Assembly (NCBI GenBank): GCA_010015585.1
Contig: ML975162.1
Origin: Eremomyces bilateralis CBS 781.70
Lineage: Eukaryota
Direction: 5' to 3' (one strand)
Length of the DNA: 47,018 nt
Shown: positions 1 through 11,675 of the stretch, in pieces
Layout of the letters: the number at the start of each line of letters is the position of its first letter
Position numbering within the stretch: position 1 is the stretch's first letter
Program-made: the position numbers and the translations under genes
Notes under the pieces: model-generated
Seen by the model: the letters and a program-made list of their open reading frames with translations, nothing else
Told to the model about the DNA's origin: nothing
Database searches by the model: none

Positions 1-520
1 GACTTGGGCCCTGGTTCCGTTGCTTTCGCGAGAGTGGAGCGTGGATCTTAGAGGGAGAATGTTGAGCTTCGGCGGAGTAGAGCGTTGAGGACCCATCCGT
101 GGCAGATTCATTGCTCGGGACGCGCGATCGCGGGATAAATGCCCTCGCCGTTTCTTTTCCAACCTCGTTGTATTCTCGTTCCAACTCAATGAGCTTCTGC
201 TTCAAATCCGGCCCAATTTCGGATTCCGCTTGATATTTGCCGACCTCCTTGAGCTGATCTGCCAGCTCATCTTTTTGGCTCGCAAGCACGGAGCCGAGCT
301 GCGACGCTTCTTGTATCCGCCGTTCGGTTTCGGCAAGGTGCGCTTCGAGAGCCTTCTTGGCTTGCGATGGAGATCCGGTGGAGTACAGGGACATATATTG
401 GTTGTCGAAGCCGGAGTAGCGGTGTCGTCGCGAATCGGGGAGCGGCGAAACGAATGGATCTGATTCTTTCAAATCAGTGCTCAGGAATGAACCCGACACT
501 CGATTCGCGGCTGTCGCCAT
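1..520 (-). CDS. apsA: Nuclear migration protein ApsA/Num1 (N-terminal part; gene runs off the left edge)
   Basis: Not in the ORF track. ATG at 520 opens a stop-free frame to the window edge: MATAANRVSGSFLSTDLKESDPFVSPLPDSRRHRYSGFDNQYMSLYSTGSPSQAKKALEAHLAETERRIQEASQLG...EIGPDLKQKLIELEREYNEVGKETARAF. This matches the ApsA/Num1 N-terminal coiled coil (SPxQAKxALEAHLAETERR). Confidence 0.85.
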   Translation of the reverse strand, partial: MATAANRVSGSFLSTDLKESDPFVSPLPDSRRHRYSGFDNQYMSLYSTGSPSQAKKALEAHLAETERRIQEASQLGSVLASQKDELADQLKEVGKYQAESEIGPDLKQKLIELEREYNEVGKETARAFIPRSRVPSNESATDGSSTLYSAEAQHSPSKIHAPLSRKQRNQGPS

Positions 521-1506
521 CTTGATGTTCGACCGCGTATTAGATAGCCATATGGATGCTACACGTGTAAGGGGTTAAGGTAAAGAGCAGCTTAACCAAC
601 AAAGTCGGGTCGTGTCGTAAATCTTCAACGCAGATAAATGACTGGTGGTAACAGACGCTATATCAATGAGCGAGCGACATCCACAGAAGCCAGGGAACTA
701 AATATACTTGAAGTTTGGCAACAGACGGTTGTACGGGCGATAGAGGAATGTGTGGTGAGTGTCCTTGGTGCGGGAAGACTAGTGATCCAAATTCACTGAT
801 AGCGATGATCTTCTCTACCTATTCACACCCCAAACACACGTGTAAACGAATTCAACACGAAGCGAAAGGACGACAAAATGCGCAGCGGGGGGGAGAAGAG
901 GAGAATTGATTGATATCCGGGGATGAAGAGTCGGTGACGAACAGTTCAAGAGAGGGAAAGTTGTTGACAATCCGCACCGTTAGACGCGCATGGGAGGGTC
1001 CACTGGTCTGGCTCGTGATTGGCTCTCGCTAATTGGCATGCGGCAATGTTGTCCTGTTTAACTTTGCACGTATTTTCCCTTTCCTTGTCATTAATCTGCG
1101 CCTTTATCATCACAATGCACGCGTGTACCGCGAACCAGGTATGAAATAATATTGTCGAGCAGTTCCATCAATCCCTTCCTGAGAGTTGTGATATCCAGTC
1201 ATTCTTCATTATGTAACATATCACGGGCTCACCCTGCCCCCTGCCAGGCACTCCGTTTACATTGAGACACGTCCTGTCACTCCTGTGTGGAGATCCTGCT
1301 TGCATCTTGTCGTGTTTCACTGCATGGCATTACCATCTCCAAGTCAACAATGCATTTCATAAATTCATCATTCTAGCTCAGCATATTCGAAGTATTATCT
1401 TCTGGCCCCTGAATCGGGCAGGAAGAGCAATGGGATCGAACTTTGGGTGGCCAGAGACCTTGCTAGTCTGCACTCCCTGTCCGTTCGTGCCAGCACGTCA
1501 TTTCTA

Positions 1507-3602
1507 TTATCGTATGCCGTCTACACTTTCGCTATCGCGTGTTGTCGTGGGTTCGTGTATGCATTCTACGAGCCCTTCTCGGTCGTATGTTACCGGTACC
1601 ATATTTTCGCGGCCTTTCCATACTCCCACATTTCGGGCCTCGAACGCAGTGCCTATGACCGATTAGCTCTGCATCACTACGTATCTTGTAACCATGGCGG
1701 CTTACATTGTATCTGAAGCAATTCTTGCGAGTGCCACTCTCGCTGACGGTCTATTCCCATTCTGTAATATCTCTGCAGCCCGCCCACGCAAGCCGCGAGG
1801 CACGTATTGACTGCGAGGGTGAGAATGCCCACCCCTAAAATGAGACCGGCTGCTAGCACGTTAATCGCAGCGTATCCTTCATCTCGAGCCTTTTGCTGGT
1901 AGCACAGCTTCTTGAGGGAGTCATCGCCTCCGACAGAATCTTCACTCCCGTCAACAAGGCCAGCTCCGTCGGTATTCCACGGCCGGTTCCTGAAAGTGGC
2001 CTGAAGGCTCGCGAGGGACATCCTGATCCAGTTCTGGAGTTCTATGGCCGTCTGGTTGTCTGGAAGAGAGAGAGAACAGAGGCCGACGTCCTGTTGAAGA
2101 TAATCTTGCGCGATCATCGAGGTGGCGCCGGCGAGGGACAGAATGTTTCCGAGGGAACTGAATTCGGTTGCCCTCATGATGAGATATCCAGTCGCCTGCT
2201 GGGTTACGTCGAGATCTGTGGTATTGGAGTATAGGTTTGTACAGCTTTCTTTGACAGGATTGCACATGATGTGCTGGACAGTACATCCGATCGCTAGAAG
2301 CGGTTGTGCATAGAAGCTCCCCTGGGCTCCACACCACGTGCTCGCGGACGGGGGTCTCGTGGACCCGAAAACTATGTCGTTGCTCGGTGTGTTATAAAAG
2401 ACAGAATTTGCTACCAAGAATAACTGAAGCTCCGCGCCGTCTACATCAAGTTCTTTAATAGGTCTGTAACCTGTATAGCTCATATCGGCAAAACGTTTCG
2501 TCGCCCTATAAATTGTCAGTCTCAGGGGCTCGGTGGTTGTCGCTCAATCAAGCGGACCAACTTGAGACAAACACTCACTGGATGTGATAGGGAGGGACGG
2601 GTCCACCAAAGTCCAAGAGATCCGAAGCCACCTTCCATGTATATGAGTGGTTCAACCGCTCCCCATATGAAATCATAGTATGGTTCTGTTCTATAGGATT
2701 GAAGTACGGGAGGCTATCATTCAGCGGTGAGCAAACCACCTCCTGCATATATTGAACGCGTTCCTCCACCGGGGCATTGAGACCCAAATGTTCGTGCGAG
2801 TCGATCTTGTCCGTCCAGAATCGCATCGTCCCATCCGTCCCGTTCCGACACATCGACGCCTCTGGAAACGGACACGGCACTCCGACCTCTGCATGGAGGT
2901 CGATTTTCGGGACCGTGAATTGCTTGCAGTCGGGGGGCCAGTCCGCGCTCTCATCCGGTTCGAGCCAGCATGACCGGGCCAAGATGGCACTGCTCCGAAA
3001 CACCTGCCGCCAGTGCGAACCCCACCGAATCTCCCTCTCGATATCCGTATGGTTATTCGCGAGCCAACCGCAATTTTCGCTTCGGAGCAGAACCTCACCT
3101 TCCAGACCCAGACGGACGATTCGAGACGAGAAGATCGAGGCAGCGGCGAAGGTCGCCATGAACACGGCGGCGGAGAAGGAGATCACTAGGAAAACTCGCT
3201 CCCGGGAGTTGAGACCGAGTGATCGCGTCCAGGTCCACCAGATCCCCAGCGAGGACCAGAGGGTCATAAAGGGCGTGCCAGTGTTTCTTAGCACTGCTTG
3301 TCCTTGGTGATATGACGCCGGTCTTGGTTTCGAGGTGGATCGGGTCTGATGCACTATGTACATCGCGATCACTGATGACAGTCAATCTGCGGTCCTAAGA
3401 AAAAGGTGAGGGATCATTTATACGTACGCCATGCTTGCGTACCGACAATATTGATGAACAGTGCAAGGAAGTTGGTGAAGTACGTCGCGTGTTCTTCCTT
3501 CAGGGTCAGAGTAAGGCCGAATACCCTCCCATGAGTCCAGTCAGTCCAGAACCCGACATGTATGCGCTCCGCGCCCAGTCCTCCGTGCGGTGCAGTTGAC
3601 AT
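1507..3602 (-). CDS. Uncharacterised fungal membrane protein (4 exons)
   Basis: Joins ORFs 3414-3602, 2575-3372 and 1677-2483 plus a terminal exon via GT-AG introns 3372-3427, 2506-2578 and 1653-1705; stop TAA at 1507-1509. Pattern VGFWTDWTHGRVFGLTLTL..., HQGQAVLRN, CGW and CPFP, with N- and C-terminal hydrophobic helices, recalls a common hypothetical Pezizomycotina family. Confidence 0.75.
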
Positions 3603-4358
3603 ATTGAACTCGAAGACACATTGAATAAAGATTATAGATCAGTGAAGTATATAGAACGATATACAAAATCGGAGAAATAGAACAAACAACGGCATCAGTT
3701 ATAGAGAATTGGACTTCAAGAATCGAGCCGCGCGCATCCCACCTTCCTCTGATATCTATCTTACACGTCCTAAAAGCTGTGTCGTCGGCATCTGTGACTT
3801 CATCGGAAGGAAATGTGATCCCAAGGCCTAGACCGACCCAGACTCATCTCGTCCGCTGGAGCAGAGGGCCGAGCCGACAGCATACTTCGTCCTTTGATTC
3901 GCCAGTCTATTCAAGAGCACATCCAAATTTACCTGTCAAATCGATCATATGGACGCGTGCACTTGAAGGGAGGGCTGAACCGTTGCAGACGGGTGTAGGA
4001 CTGAAACACCAAGGGTTGCGCAATGAGCTCCGCCACCCGGACTCGTTCAGCTGCTTCAGTCGGCCAAATTCGATCCTCTGTGAACGTCACACCAACAGTG
4101 CATTCGTAAACAGTAGGAAAGATGACGCGAACAGCTAATCAGAACTTCTTCGTGGTTGGATCGTTGTAATAGTTGCATACTGGTGGCTGTGGTGTAGTGC
4201 TTGGGATTTCCTCGTGCTAGGAGCTAAACATCCTCAAGAAGAGGAAAGTCCAACCTACCGTCTACCCTTACAAGTGTACAGCGGATGACCGATTATACTT
4301 TTGAATATGAGTTCCAAATGCAGCTCAAATCATACTCATACCCTTTTACCCACCGCAT

Positions 4359-5275
4359 TCAAAGCCCGAGTTCGATATGAGCCAACGCTGTATTCACGCC
4401 CACGATACTCCACTTGTAAGGATCCAGTGCCTTCCCGTCCGTATTCGCGCACTCCTTTTTGTACCAGTCTTTCAAACCCGCATCTCCATCTTTCGCCGAG
4501 AACTGGGCTTTCAGACGTTCCCATCCCCCGGCGCCGCCACAATCCTCCGCAACCGGGTGGCCCTACGCAATGTCAGTGCACCTACAACGACTGAAATGAA
4601 ATGTTTGATGTTCCGCTCAGACTCACCTGTCCACCCAAACACACCACTTTGATTGTTTCGGGGATATCAATGGCGGCGTTCAACGTGGGTGGAGCGGAGC
4701 CCAGGAAGATGAGCTCGTGCATCCAGTTATCACCAGTATCATACGTGTACTGGAGTGAGAGACGATTCCGATACTCCTCGCTCTCATAGATGTCGGCGAG
4801 GGTATGCTCTGACATTTTCCAAAGTTCATATCCGTTGATGCCATATCGCGCAAAATCCTCATACTCGGAGTGTTCAACCATATGGATGATCCTCTTTCCG
4901 TAGCCAGTCCAACCCGGCCGCTATCGCCATCCAACATTAGCTCCTTGTCTCGTAAAAGGGCGCAATACTTACCTCTCCCTTTTTCAAAATTTTCGTTGCC
5001 TCAAAGGTGTATCTGTGGCAATTTCCCCAGCCAAACGCCGCTTGAAGAACGAGATGTAACTTATCGAATGTAATCAGCTTCGGGATGACGAGCAAGCGCG
5101 TTACCGATGGTTTGTCCGTTTCCGGCATGTTGACTTGAAATACAAAGGAATCGGACTCGTCGTCAGCTCTGGAGTTATAGCTATTCCTGGCTGGTCTTTG
5201 AACATTGCCAGCTCGTGGACCGAGGGGATCGACGCGATGACTGGTGGATGATGCTATCTTAGCAGACTTCGGCAT
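4359..5275 (-). CDS. Plasmid pRiA4b ORF-3-like (MM3350-like) domain protein (3 exons)
   Basis: Introns 4921-4972 and 4563-4626; TGA at 4359-4361. Family motifs: TRLLVIPxxxTFxxLHxVLQxAFGWxNCHxYxF, YTYDTGDNWxHEL and CLGGQ/GHPVAEDCGGAGGW. Confidence 0.8.
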
Positions 5276-5401
5276 CTTGATCCAGGAGAAAGACTGATGT
5301 GAAGATGAAAACTCTGACTGGTTATAATGAAACTATGGTCTATGAATGAAAGTACAACTGTATGGAATATTCCGTATGGCATTCTATTAACAATATTCCG
5401 T

Positions 5402-5670
5402 ACGCGAGCAAGAGCTGGGCTGATCTGAGTCGATGCAAACCACCCCTTACTATGTGGTTCCGGAATAAGCTGAGTCCCACAAATAAGTATCGTAAACTCG
5501 TATGACGGGGGAAGTGAGATCGCGTCTTGGACGACGCGAAATTGACGCGGTCACGTGTAGAAATCATACCCTCCGGCAAGATATTTTGCCAAACTGAGGA
5601 GTAAATCGATGTCTTTTTAATTCGATAAAGATCGGGAATATACAAGGAAGGGTAGAAGTTGCGCGTTTTT
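5402..5670. promoter_or_regulatory. Cluster of MCB/SCB-like (ACGCG, CGCGAAA) motifs and a CACGTG box in a divergent promoter
   Basis: ACGCGA 5402, TCGCGT 5520, ACGCGAAA 5534, GACGCGG 5544, CACGTG 5552 and GCGCGT 5661, lying between the pRiA4b-like gene (ATG 5275, -) and MHF1 (ATG 5845, +). Function is inferred. Confidence 0.4.
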
Positions 5671-5844
5671 AAGCGCTCATCAAATGGATGTGTTGGGCGA
5701 AAGAAAATATTCTGTCAAATGTCAAACTTCTGTTCAGCACCAAGTCAACTACATCATAGGTACTGACGTAGTCTTGGAACAATAAGTACATCCACTATTG
5801 AATAAAGTGAACGTGTTTGCAACTTTATTGCTTGAGAAAGAAAT

Positions 5845-6374
5845 ATGGCACCCCGGGCTGGTACCGACGATGTTTCGGACAAAGAGGTGTGTGTTGCATC
5901 TTGTCTTGCTAGAAAAGCGAAAACAGACTGACTAGAATTCATAGCGCCTCAAATCCGCCCTCTGGTACGCAATCGGAAAGATGGTTGACCACGAGGCTCT
6001 CATCTCAGGTCATAACGCGACTCCGCAGTTCATCGGTGCATTGACCGAGATGGTGTGGACGCATATCGGTAAGTACCTTAGTGACTTAACTTTATGGCCT
6101 ATCCAACACCTGATCCGGCCGCACTGTTGCTAACAAGTCCATAGAGAACACCAGCCTCGACCTGGAGAACTTTGCTAAGTCCGTCCATTTAAGGGAATAT
6201 AGTTGCTTGTGGAATTAACCGTGAACCAGGCACGCTGGTCGATCCATGGTGAATACGGATGACGTACTGCTGCTCGCGCGGAGGAACGAAGGACTGGACG
6301 CGCTCCTGCGGTCGTTTGTGGACCATATCAGGGCGGAGCATGGGTCTGGCGGTGGATCAAAGAGGAAATCTTGA
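5845..6374 (+). CDS. MHF1: CENP-S / MHF1 histone-fold protein (4 exons)
   Basis: Not in the ORF track. Introns 5887-5944, 6069-6144 and 6179-6229 give MAPRAGTDDVSDKERLKSALWYAIGKMVDHEALISGHNATPQFIGALTEMVWTHIENTSLDLENFAKHAGRSMVNTDDVLLLARRNEGL...KRKS*. The DLExFAKHAGR...DDVxLxARRN motif is the CENP-S signature. Confidence 0.92.
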
Positions 6375-6709
6375 TTTTGTTGAGTCTTGCTCCCTATGCT
6401 ATTGATTTAAGATGAGGAATGATGGTGTGGTTCTGGTGCTCAGCGGAGTCGGTTTTGGGAAACGGAGCAAGGAGATGGCGTTTAGATACCACAAGCAGTT
6501 TGACACAGGAAATTGGTGTAGGGCGCTTCAGTGTTAGGAGATATCGGCATTATTATGCATTCGTCGTCTACCGTCTATTGTACATGACTAGGTCCATCTG
6601 CAGATCATCAAAGCGAACCACAGCTTCTCACGAACAGGCTATGTGGTACCGTATAAACTATAAATCCACCATGCATCCATGGAAAACACCCTTAACGCCT
6701 CTCCCTCCA

Positions 6710-8536
6710 TCAAACGAACCAACCCCACCTCCCACCACGCTCCTCCGCCCCCGCAAAATTCCGCTCCTCCTCCTCCCACTTCAACCGCTCCACCCGCCTC
6801 CTCGCACTCCACGCCCTCGCAAACCGCCACACCTCCGTATCCGCCAAATTCCACGCCTCCACCGCCTCCCTCACCCGCACAATCTCCGGCTTCTCGCTCT
6901 TCATCACCTGCCGCGCCTGGTATAGCAGCGCGCGCTCGTGGTTGAGCGCCGTCTCGTCGAGCGCGGCATCCAAGCCGAGCCGTATCGCATCTCGCGCGTC
7001 CTCCGGGATGACGAGGCCCTCCTCGTGCGTGGGATACCGCGGCGGAGAGCCAGGGATTGCGAAGCCGAAGAGCCAGTCGAGGTCGGCGTGCGACTCGCGC
7101 TCGGCGGTCAGCCAGGTGGAGTGCGAGGCGCCGTAATCGGAGGCGACGGCTTCTTTGAAGCGGACGAGGGCGGGGGCGCCGGTGGAGGAGCCGAGGAGGT
7201 CTTTGGTGATGGCATCGATCCAGGCGTCGCGTTCGAGCATGCCGAGTTCGCGGATGAATCGGGTTGTGATGAGTTCTTGGTTGCGGGCAAGAGTGGTGGT
7301 GGTGTAAGGATGAGGGACGACGCCGATGTTGTAGACTGCTGAGACGTTTTTGAGTTGTGGTGTGACGTTAATCGGGAGCGAATGGGCCGGATCGCATAGT
7401 TTGCATTTCGGGATGTTCGGAGGGCAGGAATCAGGAATCGGAGAAGAAGAGCAGTGGGTGAGGTTGTGCGCAAGAGATAGGGCTGGGAAGGTCAGAATCG
7501 CTATATGCTCTTCAAATGGCTTCAAGACCGCTATCCCATCAGAGAATGTGTTCTGCCAGGCGATTTGTAAATGGGAGTTGATCAGGTCTGCGAGTAGACC
7601 TAAGCCCACACTCGAATCTTCCATAACGAGTTTGTCGGCGACTGCTTTGTACTTCTCCTGGATGGTCTGCATGCTGTAGTATGCGATGCTTTTCGGCTTC
7701 TTTTCTACGGCAAGAGTCTCGTCGTCCAGGATTTGAATAATGGACTTCGTCTCAGGAAATTCAATCTCGGGCTTTTCAAGGACATTTTTGATGACGTTGT
7801 TCACGGCGTTCTTTTCTCCATAGAATATGCCGCCGTCGAGCCCATCGAATCGTGCAAACCTCGGATATTGGCCTCTTCGCAAGAAGGACAGGACATGATC
7901 ATCATATGGACCCATCGGCAAGGTCAGCCAATTCGTCAGGATCCCGCTATCGATGCTTCCCCATGCAAGGAGCCTAGCCAGGTCGAATTCAAGCTCCGTC
8001 GTAACATTTAACTGCTGAAGTCGAAGGTAAAGCGGATTGTCCATGGCTTCAGGCCTTCCAAGAACCTTCGGCTTGAATCCCTGAGCCCACCACGCCCTTC
8101 TCCATGCAAGGAGCAGCTTCTCTTCTGCAGCGGATACCTTCTTGTCCTTTCTCTTGCTGGGCTCATAGTACGTATATATCTCCGGTCGGTTCCGCAACGG
8201 CGGAAGCAACGCGCGGTTCTCCTCCAGTGTTATGGTCGAAGAGAAGGGATTCTTCCATCGGAAGTCGGAGAACCATGAGGAGTCACCATGGGTGCTGTTG
8301 GCCTGAACTGGCTCCTTGTGTCTAGGCGGTCCAAAGATAGACGCGGGGCTCGGAAGGCTGGGGATTTTCGGTCGAGGGAAGTTGGTGATTGGCCGTGGGG
8401 CGATCTCGTTCACAGATTCGCCGAAGATGAAAAGGATGAGGAGAACGAATGCGATGAGGCCGGTGAGGATCTGGTACCGTCGATTGCACATGCGAAGGCT
8501 CACCCGCCGTCCAGACGGTTTCGGTTGAACCGGCAT
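6710..8536 (-). CDS. Conserved hypothetical type II membrane protein
   Basis: Long uninterrupted ORF of about 608 aa from ATG 8536, with one N-terminal TM (YQILTGLIAFVLLILFIF) and motifs LLAWRRAWWAQGFKP and EAWNLADTEVWRFARAW. A GCTAAC...CAG acceptor just upstream suggests a further 5' exon, so the start is uncertain. Confidence 0.8.
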   Translation of the reverse strand: MPVQPKPSGRRVSLRMCNRRYQILTGLIAFVLLILFIFGESVNEIAPRPITNFPRPKIPSLPSPASIFGPPRHKEPVQANSTHGDSSWFSDFRWKNPFSSTITLEENRALLPPLRNRPEIYTYYEPSKRKDKKVSAAEEKLLLAWRRAWWAQGFKPKVLGRPEAMDNPLYLRLQQLNVTTELEFDLARLLAWGSIDSGILTNWLTLPMGPYDDHVLSFLRRGQYPRFARFDGLDGGIFYGEKNAVNNVIKNVLEKPEIEFPETKSIIQILDDETLAVEKKPKSIAYYSMQTIQEKYKAVADKLVMEDSSVGLGLLADLINSHLQIAWQNTFSDGIAVLKPFEEHIAILTFPALSLAHNLTHCSSSPIPDSCPPNIPKCKLCDPAHSLPINVTPQLKNVSAVYNIGVVPHPYTTTTLARNQELITTRFIRELGMLERDAWIDAITKDLLGSSTGAPALVRFKEAVASDYGASHSTWLTAERESHADLDWLFGFAIPGSPPRYPTHEEGLVIPEDARDAIRLGLDAALDETALNHERALLYQARQVMKSEKPEIVRVREAVEAWNLADTEVWRFARAWSARRRVERLKWEEEERNFAGAEERGGRWGWFV

Positions 8537-9171
8537 GGTAGCGGTACGAAGGGCTCTGAGACACACTCAGGGTAAGTGAAGTTAGCTGCGCATGGCCATT
8601 GGTACGGTAGTCAGGATGATGCGATATCGTGTAGGTGTTCCTTCAACCCCTAGAACGGAAACAGCGGAAGAAGACCGACAAATGATGTGGTACAAGGTGA
8701 CGGAGGAAGGGGATAAAGGAAAAAAGTCGTTAACGATAGTTAGATGGGAAAGGACTCTAAATTACAAGGTAGTTGCACCACAGCATCGATATGGAATGAT
8801 TTCAGCTTATCTTGACGGTCGTCATCATCCAGTTTGGAATTTGTGTTTTGTCTGGTTGACACGAGAGTCGAAATCGGGAAATTCACGTGATGATCAATAG
8901 ATGAAACCGGGACAGGGGACCCTTGCATGCTCCTTCCTCCTCATCCGCATCTTGGTGGGATAATTCGCGATTTCGCTTAAAAGTTCGGCTTCACTTCTCG
9001 TCAACCGCATCCTTTCGCCTCCCACAAGGTAAGAACTATTGCTGTATACGGTAAACCGGCACAGGCCATTGCTCCAGCATATACTTGATACATTCAAGCG
9101 ATTTCCCCTTCGTCGACACCAAGAAAGTGGCTTCCACGCTACCCTACCGCTTCAAAGCCGGCCCCGCCACC

Positions 9172-11675
9172 ATGGGGACAACCACCATGGAGCAGCATCA
9201 CCATCGAAGCACCACGAAAGGAGCCCACAAGAGCTTCAAATCGCGACACTCCACGAAAAATGCGCTACGAGAACAAATTAAGGGCCGCATCGAGCGCCCA
9301 GCGAAAGGTGTCCGGAAGACCCCCCATCAGCATATGATGTCGAAGCTGGAGCGGAAAAATCAGGCGAAGCAGAAGCGCATGTCAAGTGTACGAGACCACA
9401 ATGCCGCGAAGAGCATCTTTTCGGGGAAGAATGGAGCACCAAGGATTGTTGCCTTGGTTCCGCTTTGCGCGGATGTGAACAATGCGGCGACCGTTCGCAA
9501 ACTGAATGGTTCGGTGGATCTGGAAGACGGTGGGGAGATTCCCGAACACGGTTGGACGAGGTCAAGGATCGAGAGATTTGGTCAGAATGTGGCCTATGTG
9601 CTGCCGAAGAGGGATTTGGTTTCGGTTTTGGATGCGTGCCGGGTGGCGGATATCGTCCTCTTTGTCCTGTCAACGGAAACGGAGGTGGATGCGCTTGGGG
9701 AGGCGATGCTCCGCGCAATCGAGAGCCAAGGAGTGTCCAACGTATACGCGCTCGCTCAGGTATGGTTATTCTACCCAGAAATCAAGGCCTATTTGCTAAC
9801 GAGTTACAGCCAGCCGATGCGATGGTCAAGCCGAAGGAGCGCAGAAGGGTCGACGCGTCATTGATATCATTCATGTCCCACTTCTTCCCGTCTATCGAAA
9901 GGATCACCAACCTCGACATCTCTCAAGAATGCCTGAACCTCGTCCGCTCATTATGCAGTACTGTCCCCAAGGGGATCCGGTGGAGAGAAGACAGGAGCTG
10001 GATGATGGTGGAGGAGTTACAGTGGTCGGAAGCAAATCAAACCGAAAACATAAACGATACATCGGAACTGGTTCTCACAGGAGTTGTTCGTGGCCAGCGC
10101 TTGGATCCGGATAGACTTGTCCGAGTGGGGGATTGGGGCGAGTTCCGAATTAGCAAGATTGTATCGGCGCCGCTGGTCAAAGCCAAGGCCGCGAAAGGGG
10201 ATTCCATGGCCATTGATGACGACACTGAGGATGTCTTGGCACTGCCGACGGAAGACCAAGATGATCTCCTGGAGCTGGCTCCCGAAGAAGAGATGCAGCT
10301 TGATTACGACGATCGGATGACCACGGCTACATCAGCCACCAGGAAAGGGGTTTTGTTGGACGATCATCATTATTTCTCCGACGACGACGATGAGATGACA
10401 AGACGACCAAAAAAGCTACCCAAAGGAACCTCGAAGTATCAATCGGCTTGGTTCGTAGACGACGTGTCAGACTCGGATGCGGAACTGGAAGACTACGACG
10501 ATGAGGAAGAGGAAGAGGAGGCGGACGAGTTCCATGGTAGCGATGATTTCATGGATGGCGTGACAGGCCCTCCTGAGCCAACCGAATTCGAGGGCACAGA
10601 ATATCCCGTCTCCGAAGCATTCCACGACATTTCTCCTGAACAACGCGCCGCGGAACTCGCGCAGTATCGGGCCAACCGCAATGTCGAAGCCGAAGAAGAC
10701 TTCGAGTTCCCCGATGAGATCGAACTGACTCCAGAAATGGTGGGGAGGGAACGGCTAGCCAAATACCGAGGCCTCAAGAGCCTCCGGACCAGCGAATGGG
10801 ATACGGAAGAAGACAAGATATATGAGCCGGAAGCGTGGCCTCGTTTGCTGGAAATCGCAGATTACAGAGGAGCGAAGAACAAGGTCCTACGAGAGGGGGA
10901 GTTCCGAGGTGTGGTGCCAGGAACAAGAGTGAGCGTCTACCTTGAGGGCGTCCCGTCGTCGCTCCGCAACACGATCGTTCCGTCGCCGTTGGCGATGTTC
11001 TCCCTGCTCCGTCACGAGCACAAGAGGACCGCCACCAACGTGACCATCACCCTCCCCTCCGATGCAGAAGCGCCCATCAAGTCCAAGGACGAGCTCATCT
11101 TCCAATGCGGACCCCGCCGATTCGTCATCAACCCCCTCTTCTCCCAGCAAGGCAACACGCCCAACGACGTCCACAAATTCGAGCGCTATCTCCATCCCGG
11201 GCGCGCCGCGGTTGCGACGTTCATCGCGCCCCTCACCTGGGGCTCCGTCCCCTGTCTATTCTTCCGCCGCTCCACCGACCCCTCTCAGTCCTCCAACCTC
11301 CACCTCATCGCCACTGGCACCACCGTCCCGCCGAGCACCCAGCGCGTCATCGCCAAACGCGTCGTCCTCACCGGCCATCCGTACAAGATCCATAAGCGGG
11401 TGGTGACAGTGCGGTATATGTTCTTCAACGACGAGGACATTGCGTGGTTCAAGGCGCTGCGATTGTGGACGAAGCGGGGGAGGAGCGGGTTCATCAAGGA
11501 AAGCTTGGGAACTCATGGGTACTTTAAGGCGACGTTTGATGGGAGGATCAATCCGCTGGACGCGGTTGGCGTGAGTTTATATAAGAGGATGTGGCCCCGG
11601 TCAGCGGTTTCGTGGAAGAGGGATGAGGTGGATTCCATAGAGGAGGTGGATTCTGCCGAGCAAATGGTGGAGTGA
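9172..11675 (+). CDS. TSR1: Pre-rRNA processing / 40S biogenesis factor Tsr1 (2 exons)
   Basis: HHHRSTTKGAHKSFKSRH N-terminus, GAPRIVALVPL, an acidic middle region, FPDEIEL, RERLAKYRGLKSLRTS and C-terminal GRSGFIKESLGTHGYFKATFDG...LYKRMWP. Intron 9760-9809 joins the two ORF-track frames. Confidence 0.96.

Noticed and set aside
3779..4138. 119-aa + strand ORF and an alternative frame with ILRPLIRQ in the spacer
   Set aside because: Non-ATG start, no recognisable motif and no consistent splice model.
6679..7342. Pro-rich and Gly-rich + strand ORFs (also 11062-11406, 12998-13709, 40557-41049, 42079-42480)
   Set aside because: Antisense or alternative-frame shadows of real genes, kept open by the GC-rich skewed blocks.
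9465..9809. N-terminal part of the 736-aa ORF overlapping TSR1 exon 1, as an overlapping gene or frameshift
   Set aside because: Explained by canonical intron 9760-9809; the extra sequence is out-of-frame read-through from a GTG start.
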